In this document: piece by piece, positions 1 through 9,127 of the stretch
How positions within the stretch are numbered: the first letter of the stretch is position 1
How the letters are laid out: the number at the start of each line of letters is the position of its first letter
Source of the DNA: a virus
DNA length: 64,000 bases
IMG/VR virus record: IMGVR_UViG_3300042923_000502
Location: 106,563 to 170,562 of that record
Reading direction: 5' to 3' (one strand)
Program-made: the position numbers and the translations under genes
The notes under the pieces: generated by a model
What the model was told of the DNA's origin: nothing
What the model saw: the letters and a program-made list of their open reading frames with translations, nothing else
The model's database searches: none

Positions 1-839
1 CATTAGCAATATTGCAAGCAAACCTCCTTAATTCATGGGAAGTCCTTATGGGATAATCATGAGCGAAGTTCTTTGATTGTTGTCACCTTTTTTTATTATT
101 TATAACGAAAAGGTGGTAGATAAAATGTCATTATTAGAAGAAAAAATAGTAGAATTGCATGGTGAACTAGAAGGTTATAAAATTACATCTTTTGGAAGAG
201 TTATAGGTAAAAGATTAAATAAACCTTTATGTGTAACTTATGACAATAATGGATATGCAAGAGTTAAGATGTCAGTAAATGGAACAATGAAAACCATTAG
301 AATACACAGGCTAGTGGCTGAAAACTTTATTCCTAATCCACATAATTATCCAATAGTTAATCACATTGATGGAAATACTTCAAACCCTCATGTTGAAAAC
401 TTAGAATGGACAACAGTAAAAGGGAATGCTGAACATGCCGTTAAAATGGGACTACTTGATACCAAAGGCGAAAAACATCATAACGCTACTATAAACGAAG
501 ATCAGGCGAGGGAAATTATATTTCTAATTAAAAATGGAGATAGAACCTCAGATATAGTTAAAAAACTTCCGTTTGCAACTAAAAGTATAGTTGAAAAAAT
601 TAAAAGCAAACAAAGATGGAAGCATTTGACTTAGTGACAACAATTAAAGAAAACGTGCAACGACTATCGAAACCACATCTTTTTGATGGAAGGGAGTAGA
701 GTACACTACAAGCTATTGGTAGTGGAAAAGGGAGGAATCCTTAAAGTAAGGATTATGATATAGTCTACTCTATATGGTAACATATAGCAGTCTCAAAGGA
801 GACGACTGAAATTGTAGCGGATTTCAGTGAATGTAAAGG
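1..839 (+). mobile_element. Group I self-splicing intron (IA-like) in nrdE, 5' end outside the window
   Basis: P3 cctcct(24-29)/gggagga(~731); P/Q elements aattcatgggaa/aatcatgagc; R element gcaacgactatc (657-668) pairs with S element gatatagtc (757-765); terminal G839 is followed by in-frame NrdE residues QRKGAGAAY, with an in-frame stop at 834-836. Confidence 0.9.
125..634 (+). CDS. Intron-encoded HNH homing endonuclease (I-HmuI/NUMOD4-like)
   Basis: IHRLVAENF..VNHIDGNTSNPHVENLEW motif; RBS aaggtgg before ATG125; lies between the Q and R elements of the intron. Confidence 0.9.
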   Translation: MSLLEEKIVELHGELEGYKITSFGRVIGKRLNKPLCVTYDNNGYARVKMSVNGTMKTIRIHRLVAENFIPNPHNYPIVNHIDGNTSNPHVENLEWTTVKGNAEHAVKMGLLDTKGEKHHNATINEDQAREIIFLIKNGDRTSDIVKKLPFATKSIVEKIKSKQRWKHLT

Positions 840-2216
840 CAAAGAAAAGGAGCAGGTGCAGCATACTACAATATATTTGGATGGGATGTAATTGAATTCC
901 TTGACACTAAAAAAATTAATGCTGATGAAAAATCACGTATTCAATCATTGTCAATTGGTTTGATAGTTCCTAATAAGTTCTTTGAATTGGCAAAAGAAAA
1001 CAAGGACTTCCATATGTTTGCACCTTATTCTGTGTTCAAGCAATACGGTATTCAACTTGATGACATGGATATTGACAAGATGTATGATGAACTTGTTGCA
1101 AATAAAAAGATTAAGAGCAAAAAAATGAATGCACGTGACATGTTATCTAAAATTGCAGCAACACAAATGGAATCTGGATATCCTTACCTAATGTTTAAAA
1201 CAAATGCTAATAAACTACATGCACTTAAAAATATTGGAGACATCAAACAATCTAATTTGTGTACTGAAATTTTTCAACTTGCAGAAGAATCAATTATCAA
1301 TGACTATGGCGTAGGAGATGTGATTAAAAGAGACATCAACTGTAATCTTGGATCATTGAATATCTACAATGTAATGAGAAAGAAGAATTTCAAAGACATT
1401 ATTCATGTTGCAATGGATGCGCTAACCGCTGTTAGTGATATGACAAGCATTATCAATGCACCAACAGTTAAGAAAGCAAACGAAGAACTTCACGCAGTTG
1501 GCTTGGGCGCTATGAACCTTCATGGATATCTTACTAAGAATAAAATTGCGTATGAAAGCAAAGAAGCTTTAGATTTTGCAAATACATTCTTCATGATGGT
1601 TAACTACTACTCAATTCAAGCAAGCGTAGAGATTGCAAAAGAAAAAGGAACCTTCAAGGACTTTGACAAATCTGAATATGCTAATGGAAATTACTTTGAC
1701 AATTATGTTTCAAAGAGCTATGAACCTACTCTAGATAAGGTTAAAAAGCTATTTGAGGGCATTGACGTTCCTACCATTGAAGATTGGAAACAACTTAAAA
1801 ATGATGTGCAAAAATATGGAATGTATCATGCATATAGACTTGCAATTGCTCCAACTCAATCAATTAGCTATGTACAAAACGCTACAAGCTCTGTAATGCC
1901 CATCGTAGATGCAATTGAGATTAGAACTTATGCTAACTCAACAACATACTATCCAATGCCTTTCCTTGCACCAGACAATATGTTCTACTATAAGAGTGCA
2001 TACAACATTAATCAATTTAAATTGATTGATATGATTGCCACAATTCAACCACATATCGACCAAGGAATTAGCACAATTCTATTCATTGATAGCAATACGT
2101 CAACAAGAGAGCTTGGAAGATATTATGTGTACGCTGCATACAAAGGATTGAAGAGTTTGTATTACACAAGAACAAAGAAGCTTGATATTAGCGAATGCAC
2201 CAGTTGCAGCGTGTAA
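840..2216 (+). CDS. nrdE: Class Ib ribonucleotide reductase alpha subunit, last exon
   Basis: FLDTKKINADE, SNLCTEI, CNLGSLN, APTQSIS, KSLYY and C-terminal CTSCSV; frame open from 840. Confidence 0.96.
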   Translation, partial: QRKGAGAAYYNIFGWDVIEFLDTKKINADEKSRIQSLSIGLIVPNKFFELAKENKDFHMFAPYSVFKQYGIQLDDMDIDKMYDELVANKKIKSKKMNARDMLSKIAATQMESGYPYLMFKTNANKLHALKNIGDIKQSNLCTEIFQLAEESIINDYGVGDVIKRDINCNLGSLNIYNVMRKKNFKDIIHVAMDALTAVSDMTSIINAPTVKKANEELHAVGLGAMNLHGYLTKNKIAYESKEALDFANTFFMMVNYYSIQASVEIAKEKGTFKDFDKSEYANGNYFDNYVSKSYEPTLDKVKKLFEGIDVPTIEDWKQLKNDVQKYGMYHAYRLAIAPTQSISYVQNATSSVMPIVDAIEIRTYANSTTYYPMPFLAPDNMFYYKSAYNINQFKLIDMIATIQPHIDQGISTILFIDSNTSTRELGRYYVYAAYKGLKSLYYTRTKKLDISECTSCSV

Positions 2217-2226
2217 GAAAAACAAA

Positions 2227-2262
2227 GCACAAGAGGAAGCAGATATACTTCCTCTTGTGCTA
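2227..2262 (+). terminator. Strong hairpin after nrdE (terminator or processing site)
   Basis: agcacaagaggaag / cttcctcttgtgct perfect 14-bp stem; no U-tract. Confidence 0.5.
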
Positions 2263-2282
2263 GAATGAAAGGAGAGATTTTA

Positions 2283-3002
2283 ATGTATAATTGTTATGAA
2301 GGAAAAGTAATGGAAAACAATAAAGGACAAAAATTTATTGTAAAGGGAGTTAATCATGTTAGAGGTAAATGTAATTTCTTTTATGATATTGAATTTGTAG
2401 AAACAAAATATACATGCGTAGCGGCTAGAGCGTCAATCAATGCAGGAACAATAAAAGACAGATATGAGCCTAGCGTATATGGGATTGGTTATTTCGGAGA
2501 CATTAAAAATGCAAACACTCCAGAATTAAAAAAGATAAGAAGCATTTGGAGAGGTATTATCGGAAGATGTTACAATAAAACAGATAAAAGTTACAATAGT
2601 TATGGAGCATTGGGAGTAAAAGTTTGCGAAAGATGGCATTGTTTAGAATTTTTCTCAAAAGACATTGTTAAAATTGACGGTTATGACAGAGAGTTATTCT
2701 ATTCTAATAAGTTACAGTTGGACAAAGACATAAAACAAAAAGAATGTGTAAATAAGGTTTATTCACTTGAAACATGCACATTTGTAACCCCACACGATAA
2801 TGTCCTAGCTATTGATAGAGAGTCCTCTAAATTTATTATTGCAAAAAATGAGACAGGAAATGTTTACGAAATAGGGAATCTTTCTAAGTTTATTAAAGAA
2901 AACGGATTGCATATGAGTGCCGTTTATAAGGTTCTAAATAAAGATCAAAAAAATCATAAGGGATGGACTTTCGAGTATATTAATAAGGAGAATGACAAAT
3001 GA
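2283..3002 (+). CDS. Free-standing HNH-type homing endonuclease (MobE-like)
   Basis: WRGIIGRCY..YGALGVKVCERW and LDKDI..YSLETCTFV..N motifs, C-terminal HKGWTF; sits between nrdE and nrdF. Confidence 0.8.
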   Translation: MYNCYEGKVMENNKGQKFIVKGVNHVRGKCNFFYDIEFVETKYTCVAARASINAGTIKDRYEPSVYGIGYFGDIKNANTPELKKIRSIWRGIIGRCYNKTDKSYNSYGALGVKVCERWHCLEFFSKDIVKIDGYDRELFYSNKLQLDKDIKQKECVNKVYSLETCTFVTPHDNVLAIDRESSKFIIAKNETGNVYEIGNLSKFIKENGLHMSAVYKVLNKDQKNHKGWTFEYINKENDK

Positions 3003-3967
3003 CAAATAAAATACACAAAGCAGTTAACTGGAACGAACCAAATGAAACGACTTTAATGTTTTGGCAAATGAATATACAGCAATTCTGGGTTGACACTGAA
3101 ATTCCACTTTCAAGTGACAAAATGATTTGGGCAGAAATGTCCCCATCTCAGCAGGAAACCTACAAGCGTGTTCTTGGAGGTTTGACATTGCTTGACACAG
3201 TACAAAGTACAATTGGTATGCCCAAGATAGCTGAAAAAGTTGATGGTTTACATGAAAAAGCGGTACTTAGTTTTATGGGTATGGCAGAAGCAATTCACGC
3301 AAAATCATACTCTTCTATCTTCTCCACAGTTGCTTCAAAAGAAGAAATTGACGAAATTTTTTCATGGGTTGAAGAGAACAAATATTTACAGTATAAAGCC
3401 AAAGTTGTCGACAGTTATTATAAGGATATCGAAACAAACAAAGATTTGTATATGGCTATGGTAGCAAGCGTATTCCTTGAGACTTTCATGTTTTATAGTG
3501 GATTTTTCTATCCTTTGTATTTATCAGGACAAGGCAAAATGACCGCTAGTGGAGAAATAATTAACTTGATTATTCGTGACGAAAGTATTCATGGAGTATT
3601 TGTTGGATTGTTGGCACAAGAACTATACAAAGATTTGAGTGCAAATGAGAAAAAGCAAGTTAACAAAGAAATTGAAGAGTTGCTTGAAGATTTGTATAAA
3701 AACGAATTACTTTATACGGAAGAAGTTTATCATGTAATTGGTCTAGAAGACGAAGTTAAAAAGTTTCTTCGCTACAATGCTAATAAAGCTATGATGAATC
3801 TTGGTAAAGAACCATTCTTCCCTGACGAAGAAATTAATCCAATTGTATTGAATGGTATGAAGACCGATACTAAAACGCATGATTTTTTTAGTCTTAAAGG
3901 CAGTTCGTATGTTAAAGCTACGAACGTTGAGAAGATGACCGATGAAGATTTTGAATTTGATATTTAA
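2999..3967 (+). CDS. nrdF: Class Ib ribonucleotide reductase beta subunit
   Basis: LTLLDTVQ, EAIHAKSYS, FLE.FMFYSGF, RDESIH, HDFFS. Confidence 0.97.
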   Translation: MTNKIHKAVNWNEPNETTLMFWQMNIQQFWVDTEIPLSSDKMIWAEMSPSQQETYKRVLGGLTLLDTVQSTIGMPKIAEKVDGLHEKAVLSFMGMAEAIHAKSYSSIFSTVASKEEIDEIFSWVEENKYLQYKAKVVDSYYKDIETNKDLYMAMVASVFLETFMFYSGFFYPLYLSGQGKMTASGEIINLIIRDESIHGVFVGLLAQELYKDLSANEKKQVNKEIEELLEDLYKNELLYTEEVYHVIGLEDEVKKFLRYNANKAMMNLGKEPFFPDEEINPIVLNGMKTDTKTHDFFSLKGSSYVKATNVEKMTDEDFEFDI

Positions 3968-3984
3968 ATAAATCTGCAAAACGC

Positions 3985-4013
3985 TTGACAAGTGGCAGAT
4001 AAAATGATATAAT
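3985..4013 (+). promoter_or_regulatory. sigmaA promoter overlapping the repeated 17-bp motif
   Basis: TTGACA-17-TATAAT with extended TG; CAAGTGGCAGATAAAAT at 3989-4005. Confidence 0.85.
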
Positions 4014-4031
4014 AGACAATGTAAGCAAGAG

Positions 4032-4149
4032 AGAAACGAACATCAACTTGGTAATCGTGAAATTGTTAAAGGCGGCACATAGCGGTGTGGCATATTTTCT
4101 AGTACGATTAATTGAAGGTTCGCAACCACAACAAGTTAATGTTTATTCT
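4032..4149 (+). ncRNA. Candidate structured RNA or 5' leader (multi-stem)
   Basis: Outer stem 4038-4050/4132-4144, inner stem taatcgt/acgatta, hairpins cacat-agcg-gtgtg and ggtt-cgc-aacc; no ORF; immediately downstream of a promoter. Confidence 0.5.
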
Positions 4150-4183
4150 AATAAATCAAACTAATAATTGGAGGAAATGAGAC

Positions 4184-4876
4184 ATGGCTAAACGGTACTA
4201 CAAAGTAAACGAAAGAGTTTGGATCAAAGCATTGAAGAAAACAGGAAGAGTGGTATCACTCGATATTCCAAACTTGAGCGCAGCTATTTCATTCTATGAA
4301 GATGGAGACTTGAAGACACGCAACATGAAATTCATGGAGATTGATAAGTATAAAGATGAAAAAACAAAAGTTTCTAAGAAAGTTGCCAAAGAGATTGGCA
4401 AGTCTTGGAAGAGTGTTAGAAGAGAGCCTTCCGAAGATACAAAGAAGCAAACAATTCTTGTGAAGTATTTTAATAAAAATCTTTTTCCGATTGAAAAAAT
4501 TGAAAAAGGCGATTGGATTGACTTGCGTTCAGCACAAAATATTTCCTATAAAGCAGGAGACTTCATTAAACTTCCTTTGGGAGTTGCCATGTCACTTCCA
4601 TTTGGATATGAAGCGCATATTGCTCCGCGTGGTAGTATGTTCAAAAACTTTGGAGTGATTCAAGTAAATTCACCAGGAGTTGTTGACGAATCGTATCGTG
4701 GCAATGATGACCAATGGTTTATTCCGTTGTATGCATTGCGTGATGGTCATATTACATTCAATGATCGTATTTGTCAATTCCGCATTGTCAAGAAGATGGA
4801 AGAAGTGAATATTGTTACGGTTGAAGAGTTAAAAGCTCCTAATCGTGGTGGTCATGGTAGTACAGGTGTAAATTAA
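4184..4876 (+). CDS. dut: Trimeric dUTPase with ~85-aa N-terminal extension
   Basis: DWIDL, APRGS, GVVDESYRG, RICQF, RGGHGSTG. Confidence 0.93.
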   Translation: MAKRYYKVNERVWIKALKKTGRVVSLDIPNLSAAISFYEDGDLKTRNMKFMEIDKYKDEKTKVSKKVAKEIGKSWKSVRREPSEDTKKQTILVKYFNKNLFPIEKIEKGDWIDLRSAQNISYKAGDFIKLPLGVAMSLPFGYEAHIAPRGSMFKNFGVIQVNSPGVVDESYRGNDDQWFIPLYALRDGHITFNDRICQFRIVKKMEEVNIVTVEELKAPNRGGHGSTGVN

Positions 4877-4898
4877 GATAAATGTAAGATAAAATGAA

Positions 4899-4942
4899 AG
4901 GGTAAGGATAATGTAAAAAGTTATTTCTTACCCTTAACTTTT
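4899..4942 (+). terminator. Putative terminator hairpin after dut
   Basis: agggtaaggataat / gttatttcttaccct, followed by a short T-rich tract. Confidence 0.5.
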
Positions 4943-4954
4943 AAGGAGGATTAT

Positions 4955-5242
4955 ATGTCAACAATTAAATTAACGGAAAAACAAATGGAGTACATCTATG
5001 AAGACCTTGAACTTGATGAATTTGACTATGAGCAAGTAGAAGTATCCGATTGGACAGACGAAGGAAAGATTGATAGTTGTGATGTAATTTTTAATAAAGA
5101 TGGAAAGCACTATAGATTTACAATGTTTAGACATGGAGACTATTGGAGTGGATACGAATATGAATTCTACGACAATGAAGCAATCGAAGTTGAAGAAGTA
5201 GAGGTCACAATAAAAGAATGGAGAAATGTAAAAAATGGCTAA
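4955..5242 (+). CDS. Small acidic hypothetical phage protein
   Basis: ORF with aaggagga RBS; about a quarter D/E. Confidence 0.8.
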   Translation: MSTIKLTEKQMEYIYEDLELDEFDYEQVEVSDWTDEGKIDSCDVIFNKDGKHYRFTMFRHGDYWSGYEYEFYDNEAIEVEEVEVTIKEWRNVKNG

Positions 5243-5900
5243 TTACACGTATGGAAATGTATCGACAGGAACTTTGTTGCACTTTATCAAAACTTCACCT
5301 AACAACATTACATTAAAGGTTGTTAATAAAAATGTTGCAAGCACTAGCGAATATGGGTGTAATGGAGCATTCTTTTATGGATCAGATCAAATTTCACTTG
5401 CAGTAAACAATGATGTGCCAGTTCAAGGCGTAGTTGGTGGCTATGGAAGTGGTTGGTTTAATGAAAAATACAAAAGAGGTGCATTAGTTTGGGATAAGGC
5501 GGCTGGAAAATATAGTGTTCAAGTTGTGTCAGCAGCTAGTGAAATTGAAGTTGCTGATAGATCGCAATATTGGGCGCAGGGTGGAATTAGCATGAGCCTT
5601 CAAGATGACGCTAATTGGAAAGCAATTGCAACACAACAAAATATGCCTAACATTGACGGAAAAACTACTAGAACCGCATTGGTATGGAACACAGGATTTA
5701 ACTTGTGGCTTATTGTAACGGAAACACTTTGTACCGCAGAACAGTTTAGACTTGCAATCAAAAAGAACATTGGAAGTGGGACGCTTGTTGATGGAATCTT
5801 TTTAGATGGTGGTGGATCAAGTCAAATGAGATGTGCTGAAAAGAGCATTGACGGTGATGGAAGACGAGTTGTACAAATGGTAGCTTTGACTAATAAGTAA
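5235..5900 (+). CDS. Phosphodiester glycosidase family protein (NAGPA/DUF2233)
   Basis: NGAFF, RTAL and LDGGGSSQM motifs; no signal peptide. Confidence 0.8.
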   Translation: MANYTYGNVSTGTLLHFIKTSPNNITLKVVNKNVASTSEYGCNGAFFYGSDQISLAVNNDVPVQGVVGGYGSGWFNEKYKRGALVWDKAAGKYSVQVVSAASEIEVADRSQYWAQGGISMSLQDDANWKAIATQQNMPNIDGKTTRTALVWNTGFNLWLIVTETLCTAEQFRLAIKKNIGSGTLVDGIFLDGGGSSQMRCAEKSIDGDGRRVVQMVALTNK

Positions 5901-5916
5901 TGGAGGAATATTAACA

Positions 5917-6228
5917 ATGGATCAATATTCACTTATAGAAAATGCCTTAATTAACGAATTAAATAAAAGATTAGACCAAGTAATAAGCGGAGAAAAGGAC
6001 GTAGTTCAAATCAAATTCTTATACGCTAGTGATGTAGAAAGTGTGCTTACCAAAGAATACGGAGCGAATGTAGACACAAGCGAAATGGATACTAATGGAT
6101 GGCAATACGACTATTGGATTCCAGTATATATCAATGATAAGAAATATGTACTATCAGGATCAGGTTATTATGGAAACATTGAATTCTATAGGGAGGACGA
6201 AGAGGAATGGCAATGGAACAATATCTAA
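5917..6228 (+). CDS. Hypothetical phage protein
   Basis: ORF with ggagga RBS, operon-packed. Confidence 0.8.
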   Translation: MDQYSLIENALINELNKRLDQVISGEKDVVQIKFLYASDVESVLTKEYGANVDTSEMDTNGWQYDYWIPVYINDKKYVLSGSGYYGNIEFYREDEEEWQWNNI

Positions 6229-6608
6229 TTGACGAATACGATGTGTGGGAAGATGAAAATTGGTTAACATGTGAAGGTGATATTGAAGAGTATTTTAAAG
6301 ATTGTGATTATCATGAACTACTTCCTTGTGGTCAAGGATATGCCACAGAAGAAGCAAGTTTAATTTGTAAAATTGATGACAAATTCTATCATGTAGATAT
6401 TTATGCCAGTACATGTAGTGCAAAGCAGGATTATGGTGATAGATTGTTTTGGATCGAAAGCATTGATCGTGTTGAGTGGCATGAGATTCCAAAGCCAAAA
6501 GAGAAAGAGAAAACGGCAATAGAATATATTGTTACACTCAACAATGACCAAAGACACGCATTAGAAGCATTTATGAATAAAAATAAAATTAATTGGAGGA
6601 TTTTATAA
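6207..6608 (+). CDS. Acidic hypothetical phage protein
   Basis: ORF overlapping both neighbours, RBS present. Confidence 0.8.
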   Translation: MAMEQYLIDEYDVWEDENWLTCEGDIEEYFKDCDYHELLPCGQGYATEEASLICKIDDKFYHVDIYASTCSAKQDYGDRLFWIESIDRVEWHEIPKPKEKEKTAIEYIVTLNNDQRHALEAFMNKNKINWRIL

Positions 6609-6952
6609 TGATTAACAACATCAGAACAGAACAAGAGTTTCAAAATATTATTGATATGAACAATGGCACAATTATCCTTAAATTCGGAGCGAGTTGGTGT
6701 GTTCCTTGTTCCGTAGTAGACAAATTGCTTCAAGAACTTGATAACGATAATGTAAATGCAACAATCATTAAGGTTGATGTAGAAAATAATCCAGAGATTG
6801 CTTCCGAATTCCGTGTGTCAAGTATTCCTACAACATTTATTCTTAGGGACAAAGCGGTAAACAAAGTTATTCGTGGCACAATGTCTAAACAAAATGTACT
6901 TGATACACTTACAGAAATTGAGCAAAAGGTAGCTCAGAAAGAGGGAGAATGA
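6608..6952 (+). CDS. trxA: Thioredoxin
   Basis: FGASWCVPC, KVDVE, SIPT; TAATG coupling to upstream gene. Confidence 0.9.
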   Translation: MINNIRTEQEFQNIIDMNNGTIILKFGASWCVPCSVVDKLLQELDNDNVNATIIKVDVENNPEIASEFRVSSIPTTFILRDKAVNKVIRGTMSKQNVLDTLTEIEQKVAQKEGE

Positions 6953-6953
6953 T

Positions 6954-7295
6954 ATGGCGGTAGAAAAAGATTTCAGTGTAATCTTTAAAGACAAATGGGA
7001 TGAAGAAAGTTTTGACGGAGAAAATGAAACAATAATTGAAGTTCAATATGACAAAGGTTCAGAGAAGCCAGTATACATTGAGCTTAGAGATGTTGTAGAA
7101 GATGAAATTAATGATCTTATTGGCATTGACCTTACAAAAGAACAGGCAATTGAATTGGCATATTCATTGCTTAGAATCAATTGGGATTTAGAGAAGGGTC
7201 AACCTATTGCTTCAAATAAAGTAGGTTTGGCAATTGCCAACAAAAACAGTATTGCTTATTGTGGATATAAATTTGAAAAGGGAGACGAAGAATAA
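6954..7295 (+). CDS. Hypothetical protein
   Basis: ORF with RBS. Confidence 0.75.
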   Translation: MAVEKDFSVIFKDKWDEESFDGENETIIEVQYDKGSEKPVYIELRDVVEDEINDLIGIDLTKEQAIELAYSLLRINWDLEKGQPIASNKVGLAIANKNSIAYCGYKFEKGDEE

Positions 7296-7297
7296 CA

Positions 7298-7711
7298 ATG
7301 AGTCAAAAATATCTTTGGAGTTTTTATTGGGACTATAAACGCTGCGGAAGTCTTGACGGATTGTTTGTTGCAACAGAAGAAGAAGTAAAAGAAGCTATTG
7401 GTCAAGAAGCCTATTTTGGTGAGGTACTTGGAAAACATAGTGAAGTATATGGTGATCTTTCAGAAGGAGATATTTCTAAAATTGATATTTCTCCAGAAGC
7501 AGTAGCAGAAGTATCTAAACATCTTGGAACTACTTGGAGTGGGTTTAATCCATTGCATTATGTAAGATTCGAATGTAATCGTTGTGGCGACGGCATTGAT
7601 TATGAGGAAATATCGTATTCAAATGTAGTTGATTCATCTTTAGATGAAGATGAACATTACGATAGAGTGTGTTCCTTTTGTTATGAAGCATTAAAAGGAG
7701 ATGATGAATAA
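7298..7711 (+). CDS. Hypothetical phage protein with C-terminal CxxC..CxxC
   Basis: YFGEVLGKHSEVYG block; CNRC and CSFC. Confidence 0.8.
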   Translation: MSQKYLWSFYWDYKRCGSLDGLFVATEEEVKEAIGQEAYFGEVLGKHSEVYGDLSEGDISKIDISPEAVAEVSKHLGTTWSGFNPLHYVRFECNRCGDGIDYEEISYSNVVDSSLDEDEHYDRVCSFCYEALKGDDE

Positions 7712-8232
7712 TGGCTAAACTTTACGCATTAGCAGAAAAATATGTCAAATTAACGGAATTAATTGAAGATGCTCTTGACAATCTTGAAGAATCAGGAATT
7801 GATGAAGATGATCTTCAAATGTTCATTGATACACTTGACTCAATTGAGGATAGTGTAGAAGTCAAGGTAGAGAACATTTGCAAATTCCTAAAGAACATTC
7901 AAGGAGACATAGACGTATTTAAAGCGGAAGAAAAACGAATCGCTCAACGTAGAAAGTCACTTGAAAACAAGCATGATGGTATTAAAGGCTACATGGAATC
8001 AATGCTTAGACTCATGGGTAAAACGGAAGTTAAGGCTAATACTTTTACCGTCAAATTCCAAAAGAGTCCAGCAAGTGTAGAAGTGATTAACGAAAACGAT
8101 GTTCCTCAAGAATATAAAGAACCAGTGCCAGATAAAATTCTCAAGAAAGAAATTCTTGCGGCTCTCAAAGATAAGAAAGTAATTCCAGGTGTATTGTTAG
8201 TAGATGACAAGACACACATGAGAATTAGATAA
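7711..8232 (+). CDS. Siphovirus Gp157 family protein
   Basis: MAKLY.L, DTLDSI, K.EEKR, PDK..I..ALK...IPG..L...H.RIR pattern. Confidence 0.85.
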   Translation: MAKLYALAEKYVKLTELIEDALDNLEESGIDEDDLQMFIDTLDSIEDSVEVKVENICKFLKNIQGDIDVFKAEEKRIAQRRKSLENKHDGIKGYMESMLRLMGKTEVKANTFTVKFQKSPASVEVINENDVPQEYKEPVPDKILKKEILAALKDKKVIPGVLLVDDKTHMRIR

Positions 8233-8236
8233 CACA

Positions 8237-8261
8237 TATGAGGGAGATGATCTCCCTCATA
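8237..8261 (+). terminator. Hairpin, putative terminator
   Basis: atatgagggaga / tctccctcatat inverted repeat. Confidence 0.55.
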
Positions 8262-8297
8262 TTAATTGAAAAAAGATTTAGATCGAAAGGATGATTA

Positions 8298-8657
8298 ATG
8301 ATGGGAGTAAGAAGACGCAGGGACTATATTATTCTTGGTGTTGATGTAGGATATGAAACATTTGAAAAAGCACATGAATATCTCGAAGATGAAGCATTCC
8401 AAGAAATGGAATCATACATTTGCTACAATGAAATACGTAATATGACTATTATACCTGATTGGGAAGAAAACAGAGGATGCTTTGTAGGACTATTTATTGA
8501 TCAAAGTGACGAGTATGCAGGATTTGAAAGAGTAAATAAAGTTGGTCTTGGAGATTACTACGAAAAAGAAGATATAGTTGATTTTGTTTATGAGATGTTT
8601 GACAAAGTAGTTGAACACGAAGATGTCAAAGTTATTATCTTCACTCAATGGTTGTGA
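8298..8657 (+). CDS. Acidic hypothetical protein
   Basis: ORF with RBS. Confidence 0.75.
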   Translation: MMGVRRRRDYIILGVDVGYETFEKAHEYLEDEAFQEMESYICYNEIRNMTIIPDWEENRGCFVGLFIDQSDEYAGFERVNKVGLGDYYEKEDIVDFVYEMFDKVVEHEDVKVIIFTQWL

Positions 8658-8662
8658 GATAA

Positions 8663-9127
8663 ATGGAAGATAAAATTCAAACAGTAATTGGCTTAGACCT
8701 TAATTACAGGTCTAAGCCAATCCAATATAAAGTTGACAAAAACGGATGTCATGTATGTGTATCTCACTACACAAGAAACGATGGGTATATTTGCATTAAA
8801 ATTAAAGATAAGAGCTTTAGAGCGCATAGACTTGTATATGAACTTAATTATGGAAAGATTGGCGAAGGATTGGTTGTTATGCACAAATGCGATAATCCAT
8901 CTTGCATTAATCCTAATCACATGAAACTTGGAACACATAAAGACAATATGGAAGACAAATCAAGAAAAGGAAGAACTCCTAAGAGTCAAGTAAGATTGAA
9001 TCAGGAGCAAAAGCTTGAATTATGTTTAAGCAATTTAACGGAACATGAATTATGCCAAAAGTACGGAGTGTCATATCGCACAGTGAGAAATATCAAGAAA
9101 AGATATAGAGAGGGGGCTAAATTATGA
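8663..9127 (+). CDS. HNH endonuclease (HNH_3 type) with C-terminal HTH
   Basis: [31 protein letters not shown]. Confidence 0.9.
   Translation: MEDKIQTVIGLDLNYRSKPIQYKVDKNGCHVCVSHYTRNDGYICIKIKDKSFRAHRLVYELNYGKIGEGLVVMHKCDNPSCINPNHMKLGTHKDNMEDKSRKGRTPKSQVRLNQEQKLELCLSNLTEHELCQKYGVSYRTVRNIKKRYREGAKL

Noticed and set aside
4038-4130. tRNA gene (TTGGTA and GGTTCGCAACC)
   Set aside because: No 7-bp acceptor stem, anticodon arm or proper T-stem; kept only as an ncRNA candidate
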